Shown in pieces: positions 59,897-64,000 of a DNA stretch of 64,000 nt. Below the pieces are notes generated by a model. It did not search any database, had not been told where the DNA came from, and was given only the letters and a program-made list of their open reading frames with translations. Numbering within the stretch: position 1 is the stretch's first letter; every line of letters begins with the position of its first letter. The stretch comes from the human T2T-CHM13v2.0 reference genome, Homo sapiens. The translations under genes were made by a program, and so were the position numbers. The stretch is from assembly GCF_009914755.1 (NCBI RefSeq), contig NC_060925.1, one strand, 5' to 3'.

Positions 59897-60922
59897 TAAT
59901 CCCAGCTACTCAGGAGGCTGAGGCAGGAGAATCGCTTGAACCCAGGAGGCGGAGGTTGCAGTAAGTTGAGATTGTGCCACCGCACTCCATGCTCGGTGAC
60001 AGAGCGAGACTCTATCTCAAAAAGAAACAGCAACAATAAAAAGAATCACTGGGGGTAGGGATTATTTGAAAATGCAGATTCCGGCCAGATACATTGGCTG
60101 GCTTACACCCGTAAACCCAACGCTCTGGGAGGCCGAGGTGGGAGGGTTGCTTGATGCCAGGAGTTTGAAACTAGCAGGAACAACATAATGAGACCCCATC
60201 TCTACAAAAAACAATATTAGCCAGGTGTAGTGGCACACACCTGTAGTCCCAGCTACTTGGGTGGCTGAGATAGGAGGATCGCTTTAAGCCTTGGAGTTTG
60301 AGGCTTGCTGTGAGCCATGATTATGCCATTGCTCTCCAGCCTGGGCAACAGAGCAAGGCACTCTCTCTAAAATTAAAAAAAATTAAAAAGCAGATTCCTG
60401 CAGCAGTCCCACCCCAGAATTTAATTCAGTAGGACCTAGGATAGAGGCCAGGAATCTACATTATTTTATAAACATCCCAGATGATTCTAATGCAGGTGAT
60501 ATAGTTAACACCATTTCCAACCACTTATGATAGGTAGTTGTTAAAATCATGCTCTTAAATGATGTAATTCAGATTCAGGGCTGAGAATGGAACTCTACAA
60601 GCATTCAGTATTTAAGTTTTAGGAACTAAGAAGCAGCTGTCACAAAAGTGGGATGACCAAACGAGGAGAACATTTGAAGAAGGATGCAGTATCAGTGGTA
60701 TCAAATGCTGAAGAGAGGTCAAGTAAGAAAAGGTCTGAGGAATCCTTTGAACTTGGCTGTTGAACACCCATCAAAGTGAAAGGATTGCATAGCAGAGACA
60801 GAGTTCCAGCTTTTGTTTCAAGACCAGTTTTGAGTGAACTTATTGGGGCTAAAACTGATTTTTAGTCTTGTAGTTTGACTGAGATACCAGTAGGTTAACA
60901 CAAATATAGTGAAGAAGAACTA

Positions 60923-61240
<318 letters not shown>

Positions 61241-61381
61241 CTAGGAGTTCAAATATATTGACCTGGTTTCTAGTCCCAGCTTTACTTCTAACTAGCTATA
61301 TGTGTCTTGGTAGATAAGTTGATCTTGAGCTATTTCTGTACAGTAGAAATAATAACTTATCTATACCTCACAGAATTATAA

Positions 61382-61652
<271 letters not shown>

Positions 61653-62316
61653 TGATCCATCCACCTCGGCCTCCCAAAGTGCTGGGATTACAGGCGTGAG
61701 CCACCGCGCCCAGCCAAAAGAACTTTTTAAACTAGAAGACAGATTATACTTCTTATTGAAGTTTTTTTTTTTTTTTTTTTTGAGGCGGAGTCTCGCCAGG
61801 CTGGAGTGCAGTGGATTGCTGGGAGTGCAGTGGATTGATCTCGGCTCACTGCAGGCTCCGCCCCCCGGGGTTCAAGCCATTCTGCTGCCTCAGCCTCCTG
61901 CGTAGCTGGGACTACAGGCGCCCGCCACCTCGCCTGGCTAATTTTTTGTATTTTTAGTGGAGATGGGGTTTCACCGTGTTAGCCAGGATGGTCTCAATCT
62001 CCTGACCTCGTGATCCGCCTGCCTCAGCCTCCCAAAGTGCCGGGATTACAGGCGTGAGCCACCGCACCCGGCCTCTTATTGAAGTTTTATTGATATTTGT
62101 TCTCATGGTTATTAATAAAGCAGGTAATATTTAATTAATTAAGGCCAAGAATTTTTTTTTTTGATCCTGTGGAAACTAGCTACCCATCCATCCAGGCCTA
62201 CAAAATCATCACCTTGGTAGATTCTTTATTAATCAAGAATTATTAGCTCTTGCATAGAAGAGCTGCTGTCTTAACATTGGTCTATTTGACAGACTTTCAT
62301 TGTGATGTTTTGTTAA

Positions 62317-62448
<132 letters not shown>

Positions 62449-62663
62449 TGAGCCAGTTGGAGTATGTGTGCGCACACATTTGAAATGCATACACAGTTCC
62501 TGAAACAGGAATACATTTAGGGTCTGCCTTGGAATTAGTCTGTGGCTGTCAGTGAATCTTATAAGTAAGCAGTACTGATATTTGTTTATAAATCTAATCT
62601 TGTCATTAAAAGATAAGAACTCATAACTTGATTTAATAGCAATTGAATTCTGCAGTCCACTAA

Positions 62664-62862
<199 letters not shown>

Positions 62863-64000
62863 TGACTTGAACTCCTGGCCTCAAGTGACCTGCCCACCTC
62901 GGCCTCCCAAAGTGCGGGGATTACAGGCATGAGCCACCTTGCCCAGCTTCCCCTACACTAATTCTAAGAAGTCCAGAGCTGGATGCTTTTCTTTGTGATC
63001 TCTGCCCATATCTTCCTGCAGGCAGGAGAGGAGTTGATCTTGAGAGGTAAAGACAGGTTGGGATTAAGGCAATGTTGCCAAATTTGTGAGGATCCACACT
63101 TCCTTAACATTCAGAAAGCCAGCCCAGTGCAGATTCTGGATCAGGAGAGAATGAGATGCATTTGCATGTTTTTGTTTCATTTCAAGCCAGTCTAAATGCA
63201 TACTTTTAGTCCTCACTTTCCTCTCCCCTCCTCAGTGGTACTTCCTCTTGTGAGCTGCTTGGGTCCTAATATCCAGAGTGTCCCATCTGTGTTGGTACAG
63301 TGGGCTGCTTCTCAACAAAGTGTTGGGACCAACCATTTTTCTGTTCCTCCAGGCCTGGGCATCCTGAAGTGAAACCACCTGACACACTTCCTGCGATCTT
63401 TGAAATCATCTCCATCCTGAAAACTCCTCCCATTCACAGTTCTCCTTCCCAGCCAGTAGTGGATATAGGAGCAGACCAGCATATAGGCTTACCAGGACTG
63501 ATTTTGTTTATTTAGAGGGATACAAAACATTCTTTCCCATTGCCTTTTTTGTTAACTTGCTTTCAGACTCTACAAGGTTTTTAGAACTAGTTTCACTGAT
63601 TTTTAAACTTCTTGAATTGAACCTTCTGGAATGCTTAATTTAGGTAGTCAGATTACATGGGGGGAGGAACCATAAAGATCATCTTTCTGGCCAGCTTTAC
63701 TGTTCTCTCATAAGCTAGTCTGGCCATTGTGAAGAAAGGGATGTGGCACAGGTTGTCCATCACCTCTGCCAGGGCATGTGACCCTGCAAAAACTACTTCA
63801 AGGAATGAACTTTTTGAACACCCTGCTTTATAAAGGCCTAAGCCAAGACCTATGGCTTTAGATTCATTTCTGTTTTGTGCTCATTTATGATCCAGGCTGT
63901 GTTTGAATGACCTGGAAAAAGCTCGTTCGTATCTTCCAGTTTAACCAACCAGTCCTTAATGTTCACTTTCTATTAGCTTATTTTGTTCTTGAGATACTGC

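Overview
Primate (very likely human, chr1p35-36, between IFI6 and FAM76A) genomic DNA, dominated by Alu, L1, L2, MIR, LTR and DNA-transposon relics. The only real protein-coding gene is the 5' part of FAM76A (+ strand): a CpG-island promoter at about 38.9-39.9 kb and six GT-AG coding exons with consistent phases. There is also a probable in-frame 102-nt Alu-derived cassette exon. The window holds four retro-pseudogenes: CHMP1A, U6 snRNA, TXNDC17 and RPE. A two-LTR MER41 provirus (3435-9336, minus strand) keeps tandem STAT1 GAS sites in both LTRs and is the likely interferon-gamma-inducible enhancer region for the neighbouring IFI6. I see no new protein-coding system; almost all other ORFs in the track are Alu or other repeat translations. 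The best leads are regulatory: the paired MER41 enhancers, and a duplicated/inverted L1-derived 49-bp element that can form competing RNA duplexes just upstream of the Alu exon. Repeat family names and locus identity come from recall of consensus sequences, not from a database search.
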